Shown here in pieces: positions 18,013 to 27,496 of a stretch of 45,246 nt of DNA. The stretch lies in the IMG/VR virus record IMGVR_UViG_2778261297_000003; one strand, written 5' to 3'. The notes beneath the pieces were generated by a model, which saw nothing but the letters and a program-made list of their open reading frames with translations, made no database searches and was not told the DNA's origin. Source of the stretch: a virus (Duplodnaviria; Heunggongvirae; Uroviricota; Caudoviricetes). The position numbers and the translations under genes were made by a program. Numbering within the stretch: position 1 is the stretch's first letter; each line of letters opens with the position of its first letter.

Positions 18013-19646
18013 TTTTCCTCCGGTTCGGTAATGGTCTGGCTCGCAAACTGGTCAGCCTGTGCCCAGCTCGGAAGCGGTAATCCGCGTTTAAGACATGACT
18101 CAATTTCTCTCTGGCGCTGATCAAGCACTTCTTCCCAGTCTTCACCGACGTTTTCACCCACCTCAATCTCGAGGGTGGAAAGTCCGGCATCCAGACCAAG
18201 AATGGCGCCTTTTTTCTCTGCAACCGGATCCACCCAGCCGCGCCCTGGCCCCATCCAGCGCGCGCGAGAATACGCGGCTCTGGCGTCAACAAAATCAGGT
18301 GCGCCTGCGGGCAGGGGTAAATCCTCATTGTCGTGAACTTCTTCAACAAAGGCGGTGAGAATGGGCTGAGCGAAGCCGGTAGAAAAATCGTCCCGGCGGC
18401 GAGTCAGTGTTTTCCATGCCTCCAGCAACGAGGAGCGTGCAGAACTGTAGTTAACGTCAGACCAGTCCTGGGTGACCTGCTGTGGGGACAACCCTGTTCC
18501 TGAAGAAAAATTACGGAGAACAGCAGATTCGAAGACTTCAAAATTGCTGTAGGGCCGCGCCGCGTTAACCGTCGTGATTTTCTCACCAGGATAAAGAATG
18601 GGCATTCGGGCACCATTCTGAAGTGTCAGACGCCGATCGTTATGGAACTCAACACGCCCGTCCTGATAAGTGCCTAACTCCGACTCGTCATAGGTCTCGC
18701 CCAGGGCAGACTGAACCATCGCAGGGTCATAGGGTGACTCAATGTAAGCGGCAAATATGGCATTAAGAATTGCTGCCTCAAGCTCACTCTGGTCATACTT
18801 CACCAGCATTTTCAGACGCTGAATAACCGGAGTCAGGATGCCGTTACCGCGGTGCTGCGCGCCACGCTCATGATCAAAATCGTGAACCACATGCGGGCGG
18901 CCCCAGTCAGTTTCACGCGGGATACGCTGCCACGTCATGGTTTTAGCCCCGCTCCACCAGTCACCGATATGGGCCTCCCTGATGTGGTAAGCAACCGGCG
19001 CACCGTCCGCATCAATTTCAACGCCACCACGGACATTTGGCATATCGAAATTCTGCTGAGGATTACTGAGGCGGTCAGGATCGACAATCTGTACCGTGGT
19101 GGCGTAACGCCCTCTTCCGGGACCAAGCCTGTCAGTTCTGTACTGGAGAATGGCCAGAGCATCCCCGTCAATAAGCTTATGACGAAATCCCAGGCGTAAC
19201 ATCTGCGACACGGTGAGTTTTCGTTCAACATCACAATACCGGCCAGGATCGTTACTCCAGGTCCGCCAGTGCCCGTCCAGTGCTTTTCCGTACTCTTCCG
19301 CCCAGGACGCATCAAACGCCTTGTTTCCGGTGATCATTCTGAGAACACGGTAATCGGGTTTCATGATGGGGCGGAAGTTGGCACCAACCGCATTATCCAG
19401 CAGACGTGTGACCGCACCGTTTGCCCAGCCGTCATTACGGACCAGATCGCGTGCGCGGGACACGATGCGATCCCGGTAAATGTTAATTTCATTGTCCGGG
19501 GACCACAGCGCGGGTTGCCAGTTCGCCAGTTGATCGCTGAAAGAGTCAGCTGCGTCATAAGGTACGCGGCTCCCCCCCACCAGCATAGAGGGACGCTGCT
19601 GTCGCAACGGCTGCCCATCAGAGCCCAGTATCTGTACTTTATTCAT
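18009..19646 (-). CDS. portal protein (lambda B-like)
   Basis: 545-aa ORF; start overlaps the W-like gene stop (ATGA). Confidence 0.9.
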   Translation of the reverse strand: MNKVQILGSDGQPLRQQRPSMLVGGSRVPYDAADSFSDQLANWQPALWSPDNEINIYRDRIVSRARDLVRNDGWANGAVTRLLDNAVGANFRPIMKPDYRVLRMITGNKAFDASWAEEYGKALDGHWRTWSNDPGRYCDVERKLTVSQMLRLGFRHKLIDGDALAILQYRTDRLGPGRGRYATTVQIVDPDRLSNPQQNFDMPNVRGGVEIDADGAPVAYHIREAHIGDWWSGAKTMTWQRIPRETDWGRPHVVHDFDHERGAQHRGNGILTPVIQRLKMLVKYDQSELEAAILNAIFAAYIESPYDPAMVQSALGETYDESELGTYQDGRVEFHNDRRLTLQNGARMPILYPGEKITTVNAARPYSNFEVFESAVLRNFSSGTGLSPQQVTQDWSDVNYSSARSSLLEAWKTLTRRRDDFSTGFAQPILTAFVEEVHDNEDLPLPAGAPDFVDARAAYSRARWMGPGRGWVDPVAEKKGAILGLDAGLSTLEIEVGENVGEDWEEVLDQRQREIESCLKRGLPLPSWAQADQFASQTITEPEEK

Positions 19647-19909
19647 CAGAATCTAAACCTCGCTGGTTTCCGGGGACGAGAGATAATCCCCAGTTGCGCC
19701 TGCAGAAGTTGAATCAGGGCCAGCAGATCAGCCAGGGTGCTTTGCTGATAGGACACTGATCGCGTCCCGTCTCCCTGCGTATAGGAAAACGAAACACCGT
19801 GGCTCCCGGTTGCTAAATCAATGTACGCCTGCTGAGCTTTCGCAAGCGCATCCCTGAGCTGATCGTCAGTCATTGCGCCGGCAAGCAGGCTGGTGTTCCG
19901 GTTGAACAT
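19646..19909 (-). CDS. head-tail joining protein W-like
   Basis: 87-aa ORF between terminase large subunit and portal, as in lambda. Confidence 0.65.
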   Translation of the reverse strand: MFNRNTSLLAGAMTDDQLRDALAKAQQAYIDLATGSHGVSFSYTQGDGTRSVSYQQSTLADLLALIQLLQAQLGIISRPRKPARFRF

Positions 19910-19917
19910 GATTTTCC

Positions 19918-22047
19918 TTATTTCGGCAGGAGTTGCGATATTCGCTTACGTTTGACCGGCGCTGGTTCTTCAATAACCGCACCCGGCAGCTCGTAATTGA
20001 TTTTTTCTTCCTGTCCAACTGGCGCTGGCAGGAACTTATCCGGATCGGCTTCGAGGTTGGCGGCCCGGACGTTGAGTTTTAACCCCATATGTTTGAGACC
20101 GCACAGCGCGGCATAGCTGTAAACGAGGCAGTCAAGCGCTTCGTTAGCTCGTCCTGGTATTGCTTCCCAGATACTGTACCGCTGCCCGGAAATGACTTTG
20201 TAAACCAGTCGCTCCGCCAGCAGCTGATTGAAGTACCCGAGATCGCGATCGTCAGGAAAATGCATATAACCCGCAGCGGCGGCGCCAGGTTTGGGTGGCT
20301 CAAGATGCAGGCGACCGCGTATCACGTCTTTCGCTGAGTTAACCCCCAGAATGACAGGGCGGAAACTGGCTTTGCTTTTCGATGATGGTCGTTTGGTCGG
20401 CCAGACAGGATTGCGTTTACCTCCCTGTGCAGACTCCCCCTTAATTGCCCAGACACGACGGCCAAGACGCTCTTTGGCGAATTCGTATACCTTCTGCGTA
20501 TGGTGGCCACCGGAGTCCATGCACGTTGCCATGATATTCAGGCCGCGCCCGTCACCACGTCGCCAGATCTGTTTCAGGTATGCATCCAGTCGCTTCCAGG
20601 GTTCTTCCGTCTCAAGGTCACCATAAATAACGTCATGCGCGACCGACCACGATTCTTCATCTCTCCCCCAGCCGGTGATCGTAATTTCGAAGCGATCGTC
20701 CTGGGTATCAACTCCAGCTGTTAACAATGCCACCCCGTCCGGAACGACGGCCGGAAATATTTCCCGGCGCGCCAGCAGAACATCAACAGGGAGCTGTTTC
20801 CCATGATTAGGTCGGTGCGGAAGCCCCATCTGGGTATTCCACCACGCCTGTTCCTTATCCGGATCGCCCTTCGCATCGATATATTTTTTCGCAATATCCG
20901 ACGGCTTATCTTTTTGCCAGGGGCTGAAAAGCTTGGATGCCTGGTACCCCGCGTGGTGGTTATCGACTGCCTCCTTTCCACAGGAGGGGCAGATTGCGCG
21001 ATAGACCGCATGCCGTTCCGACTCTGACCATTGCCAGACCTTTTCAACGCTGCCCTCGTCTGCCGCCCGCCAGGCAAGGTCATAATCCATCAGCGGTGAG
21101 TGCCGCTCCCCGCAGCACTCAAATGGGCGCGTCTGATGCCATCGAATAGTGTGCAGAGCTCTGAGGCGCTGTCCTTCGGACCAGCCACTACCACAGCATT
21201 CGCAATAGAGCATCGCCGATTTAGTCAGGTGTTTATCTCCCTCTTTCGGCCACTGAACGTGTTTGAAAAAGTCGGGGAACTGGCGGTGGCCACAGTGCGG
21301 GCAAACCACAGATGCCCGGCGCTGATCGGAGTCGGCGTAGCTGTCAGCAATGCGGCTCTCATCCTCCACCGTCGGCGAACAGGCGCGTACAGACAGCCAG
21401 GTCAGGCCAAATGTCGCTGTACGCTCTTCGGCCAGCGCAATTGGATCGCCTTCGCGGGTTATCGGGTACTTGTCCACTTCATCCGCCAGCAGGACACGAA
21501 TCGGACGACGCGCAAGGTTATCAGGGCTACCAGCACCCGCCAGCGCCAGAAATCCGCCAGTGAATGCCTTGTAAAGAATGGTTTCTTTCGAGCTTTTCTG
21601 TTTCGAATCACCGATGATTTTACGCAGTACCGGCGTCACCCTTACCAGCGGGCTAATACGCTCTTTCGAAAACTGTTCAGCGGCTTCTTCTTTCGGCTGC
21701 AGCAGCAGTATCGGACAAGGATCGAGGTGGGCAAAATAGCCAAAAAGGTTTTCCAGCAGTGCTGTCTTCATCAACTGGGTACAGCACATTACAGTGATGA
21801 TATGAACCCCGGACTCCGTCGCGGCAAGCATCGGTCCGCGGGCAATTTCTACCGTCGATGTTTCCCAGTTTCCCGAAGTGCTCCCAGCCTCTTTTGCCAG
21901 CTTACGATAGTCATCTGCCCACTGCGGCACACTGATACGCGGCGGGGGTGTCCAGCCTTTGCGGACGCTTAATTCAAGACGCTCAATCTTCTGCCGGGTT
22001 AAACTCTGGCTCTCCGAGGACTGAGATGTGTTTGTGGACATGTTCAA
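19918..22047 (-). CDS. terminase large subunit (lambda gpA family)
   Basis: 709-aa ORF with ATPase region (..ILLLQPKEEAAEQFSKERI.., ..RVLLADEVDKYP..) and multiple Cys clusters as in gpA-type terminases. Confidence 0.9.
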   Translation of the reverse strand: MNMSTNTSQSSESQSLTRQKIERLELSVRKGWTPPPRISVPQWADDYRKLAKEAGSTSGNWETSTVEIARGPMLAATESGVHIITVMCCTQLMKTALLENLFGYFAHLDPCPILLLQPKEEAAEQFSKERISPLVRVTPVLRKIIGDSKQKSSKETILYKAFTGGFLALAGAGSPDNLARRPIRVLLADEVDKYPITREGDPIALAEERTATFGLTWLSVRACSPTVEDESRIADSYADSDQRRASVVCPHCGHRQFPDFFKHVQWPKEGDKHLTKSAMLYCECCGSGWSEGQRLRALHTIRWHQTRPFECCGERHSPLMDYDLAWRAADEGSVEKVWQWSESERHAVYRAICPSCGKEAVDNHHAGYQASKLFSPWQKDKPSDIAKKYIDAKGDPDKEQAWWNTQMGLPHRPNHGKQLPVDVLLARREIFPAVVPDGVALLTAGVDTQDDRFEITITGWGRDEESWSVAHDVIYGDLETEEPWKRLDAYLKQIWRRGDGRGLNIMATCMDSGGHHTQKVYEFAKERLGRRVWAIKGESAQGGKRNPVWPTKRPSSKSKASFRPVILGVNSAKDVIRGRLHLEPPKPGAAAAGYMHFPDDRDLGYFNQLLAERLVYKVISGQRYSIWEAIPGRANEALDCLVYSYAALCGLKHMGLKLNVRAANLEADPDKFLPAPVGQEEKINYELPGAVIEEPAPVKRKRISQLLPK

Positions 22048-22552
22048 TCAGCACCTCTGTCATCCTGTCCGCCGGTACATCCAGATCAGCAGCCATTAGC
22101 GGCGCCACCCTGGACGGCCAGTTAAGCCAGGCATCACGCTGTTGGCGAAAGGCGTTGAATAAAACCTCCTCGGCTGCTGTCAGCTCAATAAGCTGGCCGC
22201 TGTCTTTTTCATACTGCAGCTTTGCCTGCAGGGCCATGTAATTCTCGCGGATACGTCCCGCTTCCTCTCTCGAAAGATCTGCCCCTTCAGTGAGCATTAT
22301 CTGGCGGACAGTTTTATTGATTTCATCACCGTCATCATCGTTATCGCTAACGACGGGAGTTTTCTTTTTCTTCGCGTTCGAGGCGCGCGGGTCTTTGCCA
22401 TCGCGGTTTTTCTTCAATGCCGCATCGCTGGCCTCTACGTCAATCAGGTCTCCGTCCATCACAATGAAGCGCCCGGCTTTAATCCACCGACCAATTGTTT
22501 TGCGATCCACACCTGAATGTTGTGCGTACTGACTCTGGTTCATCGTGGTCAT
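21983..22552 (-). CDS. terminase small subunit (Nu1-like)
   Basis: 189 aa; N-terminal HTH MNQSQYAQHSGVDRKTIGRWIKAG resembles Nu1; overlaps the large subunit start. Confidence 0.75.
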   Translation of the reverse strand: MTTMNQSQYAQHSGVDRKTIGRWIKAGRFIVMDGDLIDVEASDAALKKNRDGKDPRASNAKKKKTPVVSDNDDDGDEINKTVRQIMLTEGADLSREEAGRIRENYMALQAKLQYEKDSGQLIELTAAEEVLFNAFRQQRDAWLNWPSRVAPLMAADLDVPADRMTEVLIEHVHKHISVLGEPEFNPAED

Positions 22553-22700
22553 GGGACATCACCTGGGACATTTTCTGGGGTGGGACATTCGCCTGGGACA
22601 TTTTTGCCATGTCCCACCAGAATGTCCCACTGGAATAAACTGGAATAGCCAGAGCTGGCGAGGTGTCCGTAATGATCGCCAGAGGTGGGACATGGGACAC
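22553..22700. repeat. GGGACAT repeat array (candidate cosB / small-terminase binding sites)
   Basis: At least 5 direct and 2 inverted copies of GGGACAT/ATGTCCC within about 150 bp immediately upstream of, and overlapping, the Nu1-like start. Confidence 0.5.
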
Positions 22701-22791
22701 AAATCTGAAAGTTGTAGCTAGGAAAACACCGCGGCGCGCAATGCCCGTGCCTTACAAAAGGCTCAGGAAGGACCCAAAACCCCTGGGGGGG

Positions 22792-23433
22792 CTATCTGGC
22801 CGAGCTGATCGCCTCAGCAATCGCCTGGTGCAGCGCTGAGGGTAACAATGCGTTGGCCATGGTGTTTGCCCTGTCCATATAGCCGAGCGTTGGTTTGACT
22901 GGAAGCGCGTCTCCAAACCGAATAAGCAATTTTGGTGCAGGTTGCTTAATCTTGTCTCTGCGCGTGCCGTTCGGAGAACGTTTTGCCCGTTTCTTCCCTT
23001 TTTTGGTTTTCGGCTTTTTTCTCTGCCACACGGCATTCACGCCACCAACGTCACCAATAAATACGTTTGGCTTTGCTTTGAGCTGAGAGAGCTTATTACG
23101 CGGCAGGTTGCCGTATTTATTAAGCTTTATGTCTTTCGGGTTAAGCAAAGCACCACCATTAAGCTTGTGCGCTCCGCCGAACTCGAAGGGTTCAAGGTAG
23201 CCAGCAGCAGTATCACGAACAAACACCTTCGCACGAAGGCTGTTTTTCCTGGCACCAACTGACCCTACCGATTTAACTGTAAAAGGTGTTGGATTATCCA
23301 GATTCTGCTCAAATGCTGTTTTTTGGGCCGCTTCTATCTGGCGAACCACTTTAGTCATAGCCTGGGCAGTCGCAAACGGTATTTGCTTCTGCAGCTGTCT
23401 TAACTGACTGGAAAGGTCCTTAAGCGTTGCCAT
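22792..23433 (-). CDS. hypothetical protein with basic K/R-rich segment
   Basis: About 213 aa from MATLKDLSS (AGGTGG RBS); K/R-rich stretch RKKPKTKKGKKRAKR; no family recognised. Confidence 0.5.
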   Translation of the reverse strand: MATLKDLSSQLRQLQKQIPFATAQAMTKVVRQIEAAQKTAFEQNLDNPTPFTVKSVGSVGARKNSLRAKVFVRDTAAGYLEPFEFGGAHKLNGGALLNPKDIKLNKYGNLPRNKLSQLKAKPNVFIGDVGGVNAVWQRKKPKTKKGKKRAKRSPNGTRRDKIKQPAPKLLIRFGDALPVKPTLGYMDRANTMANALLPSALHQAIAEAISSAR

Positions 23434-23486
23434 ATCATTGACCACCTAGTTACAGTAATTAAGATCAGTTTGCTCATAAAGTTGAC

Positions 23487-23510
23487 AATAAAAAACCGCC
23501 CGTAGGCGGT
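23487..23510 (-). terminator. rho-independent terminator
   Basis: Minus strand CCGCC-TAC-GGGCGG followed by TTTTTTATTG, overlapping the stop of the upstream ORF. Confidence 0.55.
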
Positions 23511-23794
23511 TAGTCGAACATTTTATCAAGTTGCTTAGCAAGAGCTCGGTTAAACAGCTCCTTCGAAACTGTCATCAGCGTGCCCATACTGGCATCTTTG
23601 AATCCGGTTTTTAATGTTGCCCAAACCTCTTTGTTACGGAGAGCATCCAAGAAGTCATGCCCCATCGCGGTCAATCGCAAGGGCATTACAGCCCAGTGAG
23701 TCATTCCGTCTAAAGACTGAATAGCACCAAAGCCGGGCTCTCCATCACTCCTGATAATCAGCCCTCTATCCTCAAGCAAACGCATATGAAACAC
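23510..23794 (-). CDS. hypothetical protein (94 aa from GTG; same frame continues upstream to an ATG at 23912-23914 across one TAG)
   Basis: Track ORF starts at GTG; an upstream in-frame ATG with GGAGGGG RBS is separated from it by a TAG at 23867-23869. Confidence 0.45.
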   Translation of the reverse strand: MFHMRLLEDRGLIIRSDGEPGFGAIQSLDGMTHWAVMPLRLTAMGHDFLDALRNKEVWATLKTGFKDASMGTLMTVSKELFNRALAKQLDKMFD

Positions 23795-23946
23795 AAATGT
23801 GTCAGTTTCACAATTGAACCCTAAATCATTTAATCGAATAATATCGGTATCAGGTGAATCCGATGCCTAGAAAGCCTCGAGCAAACCTTTAAGGTATTCT
23901 TGATCTATTTGCATAACCCCTCCGTATGTAAAAGGTTAATTTAACA

Positions 23947-24426
23947 TCAATTTAAGCACTGCTCTTTGATGTATTCCTGCAAATATCCAACCTGTTTCGT
24001 CACTGTGACGATTCGCTCTCTGAGGGTGAAATAATCCCGTTCAGCGGAGTCAGTAAGTCGGGGGCCGGTAACATCGCCCAGGCCGCCGGTGCTGGTCGCT
24101 CCGTTCGCGGGACATCTGGCGTTGACGTGCAGCCCACACTTGCCAGTGCGAACACAACGCTGCAAATCATCAAGCTGCTTTTTAGCATCAGCTAAGTCCT
24201 TCGTGTATTTGGCATCCAGCACCGCTGCATCACGCTGGCGGATCTGCATGTCTTTGATGGTGGCGTTCGCCTGGCTAAGATTCTTAATGGCTTTATCGCG
24301 CTGGTCTTTGTAGGTGATGGCGTTGCCGCGGTAGTGGTTAATCGCCCAGGCCATGGAAACCATCAGGCAGATAACGACAGCACAGATGATTGCTGTTAAT
24401 CGGCTCACTAATCTAACCCCCAACAC
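23947..24426 (-). CDS. Rz: i-spanin Rz
   Basis: 159 aa; N-terminal TM segment and strong similarity to lambda Rz (..[18 protein letters not shown].., ..[11 protein letters not shown]..). Confidence 0.85.
   Translation of the reverse strand: MLGVRLVSRLTAIICAVVICLMVSMAWAINHYRGNAITYKDQRDKAIKNLSQANATIKDMQIRQRDAAVLDAKYTKDLADAKKQLDDLQRCVRTGKCGLHVNARCPANGATSTGGLGDVTGPRLTDSAERDYFTLRERIVTVTKQVGYLQEYIKEQCLN
24000..24188 (-). CDS. Rz1: o-spanin Rz1 (embedded in Rz, +1 frame)
   Basis: 62-aa ORF wholly inside Rz; lipoprotein signal ..ALASVGC followed by a Pro-rich segment, like lambda Rz1. Confidence 0.75.
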   Translation of the reverse strand: MLKSSLMICSVVFALASVGCTSTPDVPRTERPAPAAWAMLPAPDLLTPLNGIISPSESESSQ

Positions 24427-24944
24427 GCCAGCGCGCTTTCCTGGTCCCGTCTCTCAACCTGACCATAGCAGCCATTCTTCTGGCCTTTGGTTAGTCGGCA
24501 ATCGCGGCCACCGTCTTTGATCCACCAGCGGATTGCTTCACATGCCCCTTTACGATCACCGGCGTTGATGCGTTTATAAAAGGTAGAAGGGAAGCATTTA
24601 CCAGGACCAATGTTGTACGGGCAAAATGAGGCAATCCCCGCTTTCTGCGGTTCGGTCAGTGGTACCTGGATATTGCGGTCGACCCAAGCCAGCGCCTTGT
24701 TCAGCTCGCTGGCGTTCACCTGATTACATTTCTCTGGCGATAGCCTCATACCTGGTGTAACAGGCTTGCCGTCAACCGTGGTAGCTCCCCGGCAAATCGT
24801 CCAGATGCCGCTGCCATCTTTGTACGCTGTAAGGCTGTTTCCCTCTTTCTCATTCAGAAACTGATCGAGAATGACGGATGCTGGCGCACCAGCAAGTACC
24901 AACCCCAGAACAGCAGCACTTAATTTTGCTCTGGATCCCATCAC
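24408..24944 (-). CDS. SAR endolysin (lysozyme, T4/P21-type muramidase)
   Basis: 178 aa; N-terminal Ala/Gly-rich weakly hydrophobic signal-anchor-release-like segment, then E..D..T catalytic spacing ([16 protein letters not shown]). Confidence 0.8.
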   Translation of the reverse strand: MMGSRAKLSAAVLGLVLAGAPASVILDQFLNEKEGNSLTAYKDGSGIWTICRGATTVDGKPVTPGMRLSPEKCNQVNASELNKALAWVDRNIQVPLTEPQKAGIASFCPYNIGPGKCFPSTFYKRINAGDRKGACEAIRWWIKDGGRDCRLTKGQKNGCYGQVERRDQESALACWGLD

Positions 24945-25243
24945 TCACCTTCCTTTTGTAATGCCTCAACGACCACGCTTGCAGCCGCAGGACGTTCGTG
25001 AAGGGGTTTATCACCAACGCCTTTCAGGTAGTCATTGACCATTTTTGTTCGCTTCTCGTCCTCTCTACGCCTGCGGTGGGCATCCACGCGACCATTGACA
25101 TAGGAGGCAAACGAGATAAGCAGACCAGCGGCGCCAAAGAACATGAACACCATATCCTGAGTGGTAAAACCAATGGCTGACGCCAGAGCTGCTACCCACG
25201 CGAAGAACTGCGTGAAAATGTTCCCTGAATCATTCATTTTCAT
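24941..25243 (-). CDS. holin (two TMDs, Met-Lys-Met dual-start motif)
   Basis: 100 aa starting MKM; two hydrophobic segments and a charged C-terminus; immediately upstream of the endolysin. Confidence 0.7.
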   Translation of the reverse strand: MKMNDSGNIFTQFFAWVAALASAIGFTTQDMVFMFFGAAGLLISFASYVNGRVDAHRRRREDEKRTKMVNDYLKGVGDKPLHERPAAASVVVEALQKEGE

Positions 25244-25280
25244 GGTCTCTCACCTCGCTGTGTGCGGGTGTTATTGAGGT

Positions 25281-25305
25281 AATAAAAAAGGCCGCTTGAG
25301 CGACC
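25281..25305 (-). terminator. terminator-like hairpin between methyltransferase and holin
   Basis: Minus strand GGTCGC-TCAA-GCGGCC followed by TTTTTTATT. Confidence 0.5.
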
Positions 25306-25311
25306 TCACGT

Positions 25312-26364
25312 TTATTCCCCTGTTAACGCCCTTATTTCCCCCACCGTCTGGCTAAACCTGTCCTTCTCGAGTTCAACGCCGATAGCCTGGCGGCCAAGTT
25401 CCAGCGCGATTTTCACGGTCGAACCGGACCCCATAAAGAAATCAGCCACCACATCACCAGGCTTACTGCTGGCGTTGATGATCTGCCGCAACATGTCAGC
25501 GGGTTTTTCGCATGGGTGTTTACCTGGGTAAAACTGAACGGGTTTATGTGTCCAGACGTCGGTATAAGGAACGGATACGGAAACAGAGAAATGCCGCCGA
25601 AGCGATTTGTACTCTTCGAGCAGCTCTGAATACTTGCGATTTAACGAATGCCACATAGCCACCAGCTGGTGGTGTGGTGTTGCCAGTTCGCCGTTCTGGT
25701 GCTTTTCGATGGCTACCTGCGTGAAAAGGGACTGAAGCTTCCGGTAGTCTGATTCATTCGGTAATTGCCACTGGCTACCGCTGAACCAGTGAGACACCAT
25801 GTTCTTCTTTCCAGTCGCATCGGCTATTTGTTTTGAGGTTATGCCAAGCGCTTCACGTGCATCCCGGAAATAAGAAATTAGGGGAGTCATTACATGCTGC
25901 TTCAGCTCGCTTCCCTTCTCAGCGTACCCGTCGCTCTTTGGTTTATACGGCCCCTGGTAATGCTCAGCGAACAGGATGCGCTCTGTTGCAGGGAAGTAAG
26001 AGCGCAGGCTCTCTTTATTACAGCCATTCCAGCGGCCCGACGGTTTAGCCCAGATGATGTGGTTCAGGACGTTGAACCGCTCACGCATCATGATCTCAAT
26101 GTCTGCCGCCAGACGGTGACCTGAGAAAAGATAAAGACTGCCGGCAGGTTTAAGCACTCGCCAGAATTGTGCGAGGCACATATCAAGCCAGCGAAGATAA
26201 TCCTCATCCCCTTTCCATTGATTGTCCCAGCCGTTGGGTTTCACTTTGAAGTACGGCGGATCCGTGACTATCAGGTCAATGAAGTTATCAGGGAGAGTTG
26301 CGATGTATTGCAGGCTATCAGCGTTGACTAACTCAACACTGTTTATATTTACAGTATTTTTCAT
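25312..26364 (-). CDS. DNA methyltransferase, beta-class (N6-adenine or N4-cytosine; DPPY motif)
   Basis: 350 aa; motif IV VTDPPY near the N-terminus and motif I FFMGSGST near the C-terminus. Confidence 0.8.
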   Translation of the reverse strand: MKNTVNINSVELVNADSLQYIATLPDNFIDLIVTDPPYFKVKPNGWDNQWKGDEDYLRWLDMCLAQFWRVLKPAGSLYLFSGHRLAADIEIMMRERFNVLNHIIWAKPSGRWNGCNKESLRSYFPATERILFAEHYQGPYKPKSDGYAEKGSELKQHVMTPLISYFRDAREALGITSKQIADATGKKNMVSHWFSGSQWQLPNESDYRKLQSLFTQVAIEKHQNGELATPHHQLVAMWHSLNRKYSELLEEYKSLRRHFSVSVSVPYTDVWTHKPVQFYPGKHPCEKPADMLRQIINASSKPGDVVADFFMGSGSTVKIALELGRQAIGVELEKDRFSQTVGEIRALTGE

Positions 26365-26533
26365 AGATCCGTAAGCGTAACTCTGATAGGCTCACTATGC
26401 TTTTGCGCTAAAGCAGTGGGCCTTGGTTAGCTTGTGACCTGTAAGCATGAGCTGATGGTTGGTCGGGTGCTACAACACCCACCAGCCGCCCATTCCACAG
26501 CAAAACTCCTCCATATTGAAGGAACGAAGGCGT

Positions 26534-26568
26534 AAAAAAGCCCTGATTTTCAGGTCAGGGCATTTTTA
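26534..26568. terminator. bidirectional terminator-like hairpin
   Basis: AAAAAA-GCCCTGA-TTTTCAGG-TCAGGGC-ATTTTTAAT, immediately 3' of the protease gene. Confidence 0.55.
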
Positions 26569-26582
26569 ATAAAATCTGAAAT

Positions 26583-27482
26583 TTACGCGTTTCCAGGAGG
26601 GACATGCCAGACTCTTCGGCCATCCTCATGGTTCTCGATAATCTTGGCTGCTGTACTGCCACCAAAAGTGTGCATATAGCTATGATGTATCGTTAACACA
26701 ATATCTTGTAATGCCTGATCTGCTTCCATCGGTATGATTTTCAAACCAATTTGGCTAGCTTTATCACTGTGAATATGACGTGCATGAGCAAAAGTTGAAC
26801 TGTGGTTATTCAGGCTTGAACAAATAGCTTCAGCCTTTTGCTGGGCATCTGGATCCCCATCAAACATACCAGTAATTAGCCATTCACTGACAATTGTTGT
26901 TGCCCATTGGATTGCCTTTTCACACTCACCAATGAACGTCGGATTGAGTTTAGACAGTGTAAATTGCCAATACGCAGCAGTCGCAGGGTTTTTAATAATA
27001 TCTTGCATAGCCTTCTGCGCTTCTTCAATCACGCCATGTGCTGGCACGCCACCGATTTGGGGATCGAAAGGACCGATATTTGATTGTTTCCCCATGATGA
27101 TTTCTTTTGCACAACAAGCCAACATAGTCCCTGCTGACATAGATATCATGGGGACAAAAGCACGGATATCGTTACCGAACTTAGCTCTCAAGTAATAACC
27201 TATCGATTCTAAGGCGGCGATATCCCCACCAGGTGTATGCAAAATGAGATCAAGCCCCTTCGTGGCATCGAGCCCATGAACCGCTGTCATGAATCCATTT
27301 TTATCATCATCAGACATAGTGCATAAATGCGAGCTATTCTGAAGGAACCCCGAGTAGTACGCAATGACGTTACGTCCGGTCATCTGCGACATCTCTTTGA
27401 TATATTTGCTTCTTACTGTGTCTAGGGGGCTTTTTTGGGCGAGGACTGCAACCTCGCCCATAACATGATTCCAATTAGGCAT
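26583..27482 (-). CDS. Clp/crotonase-fold serine protease (S49/SDH-like), accessory
   Basis: 299 aa; ..LILHTPGGDIAALESIGYYL.. and ..ISMSAGTMLACCAKEIIMG.. resemble ClpP/SppA-fold serine peptidases; family assignment from memory. Confidence 0.55.
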   Translation of the reverse strand: MPNWNHVMGEVAVLAQKSPLDTVRSKYIKEMSQMTGRNVIAYYSGFLQNSSHLCTMSDDDKNGFMTAVHGLDATKGLDLILHTPGGDIAALESIGYYLRAKFGNDIRAFVPMISMSAGTMLACCAKEIIMGKQSNIGPFDPQIGGVPAHGVIEEAQKAMQDIIKNPATAAYWQFTLSKLNPTFIGECEKAIQWATTIVSEWLITGMFDGDPDAQQKAEAICSSLNNHSSTFAHARHIHSDKASQIGLKIIPMEADQALQDIVLTIHHSYMHTFGGSTAAKIIENHEDGRRVWHVPPGNA

Positions 27483-27496
27483 TGTTCATCTTATTG

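Noticed and set aside
21100-21972. 290-aa plus-strand ORF (and neighbouring 20291-21574 plus-strand ORFs)
   Set aside because: Antisense to the well-supported terminase large subunit gene; composition typical of GC-rich antisense frames.
22553-22700. GGGACAT repeats as a possible CRISPR array
   Set aside because: Repeat unit is only 7-8 bp with irregular spacing and mixed orientation; no CRISPR-like repeat-spacer periodicity.
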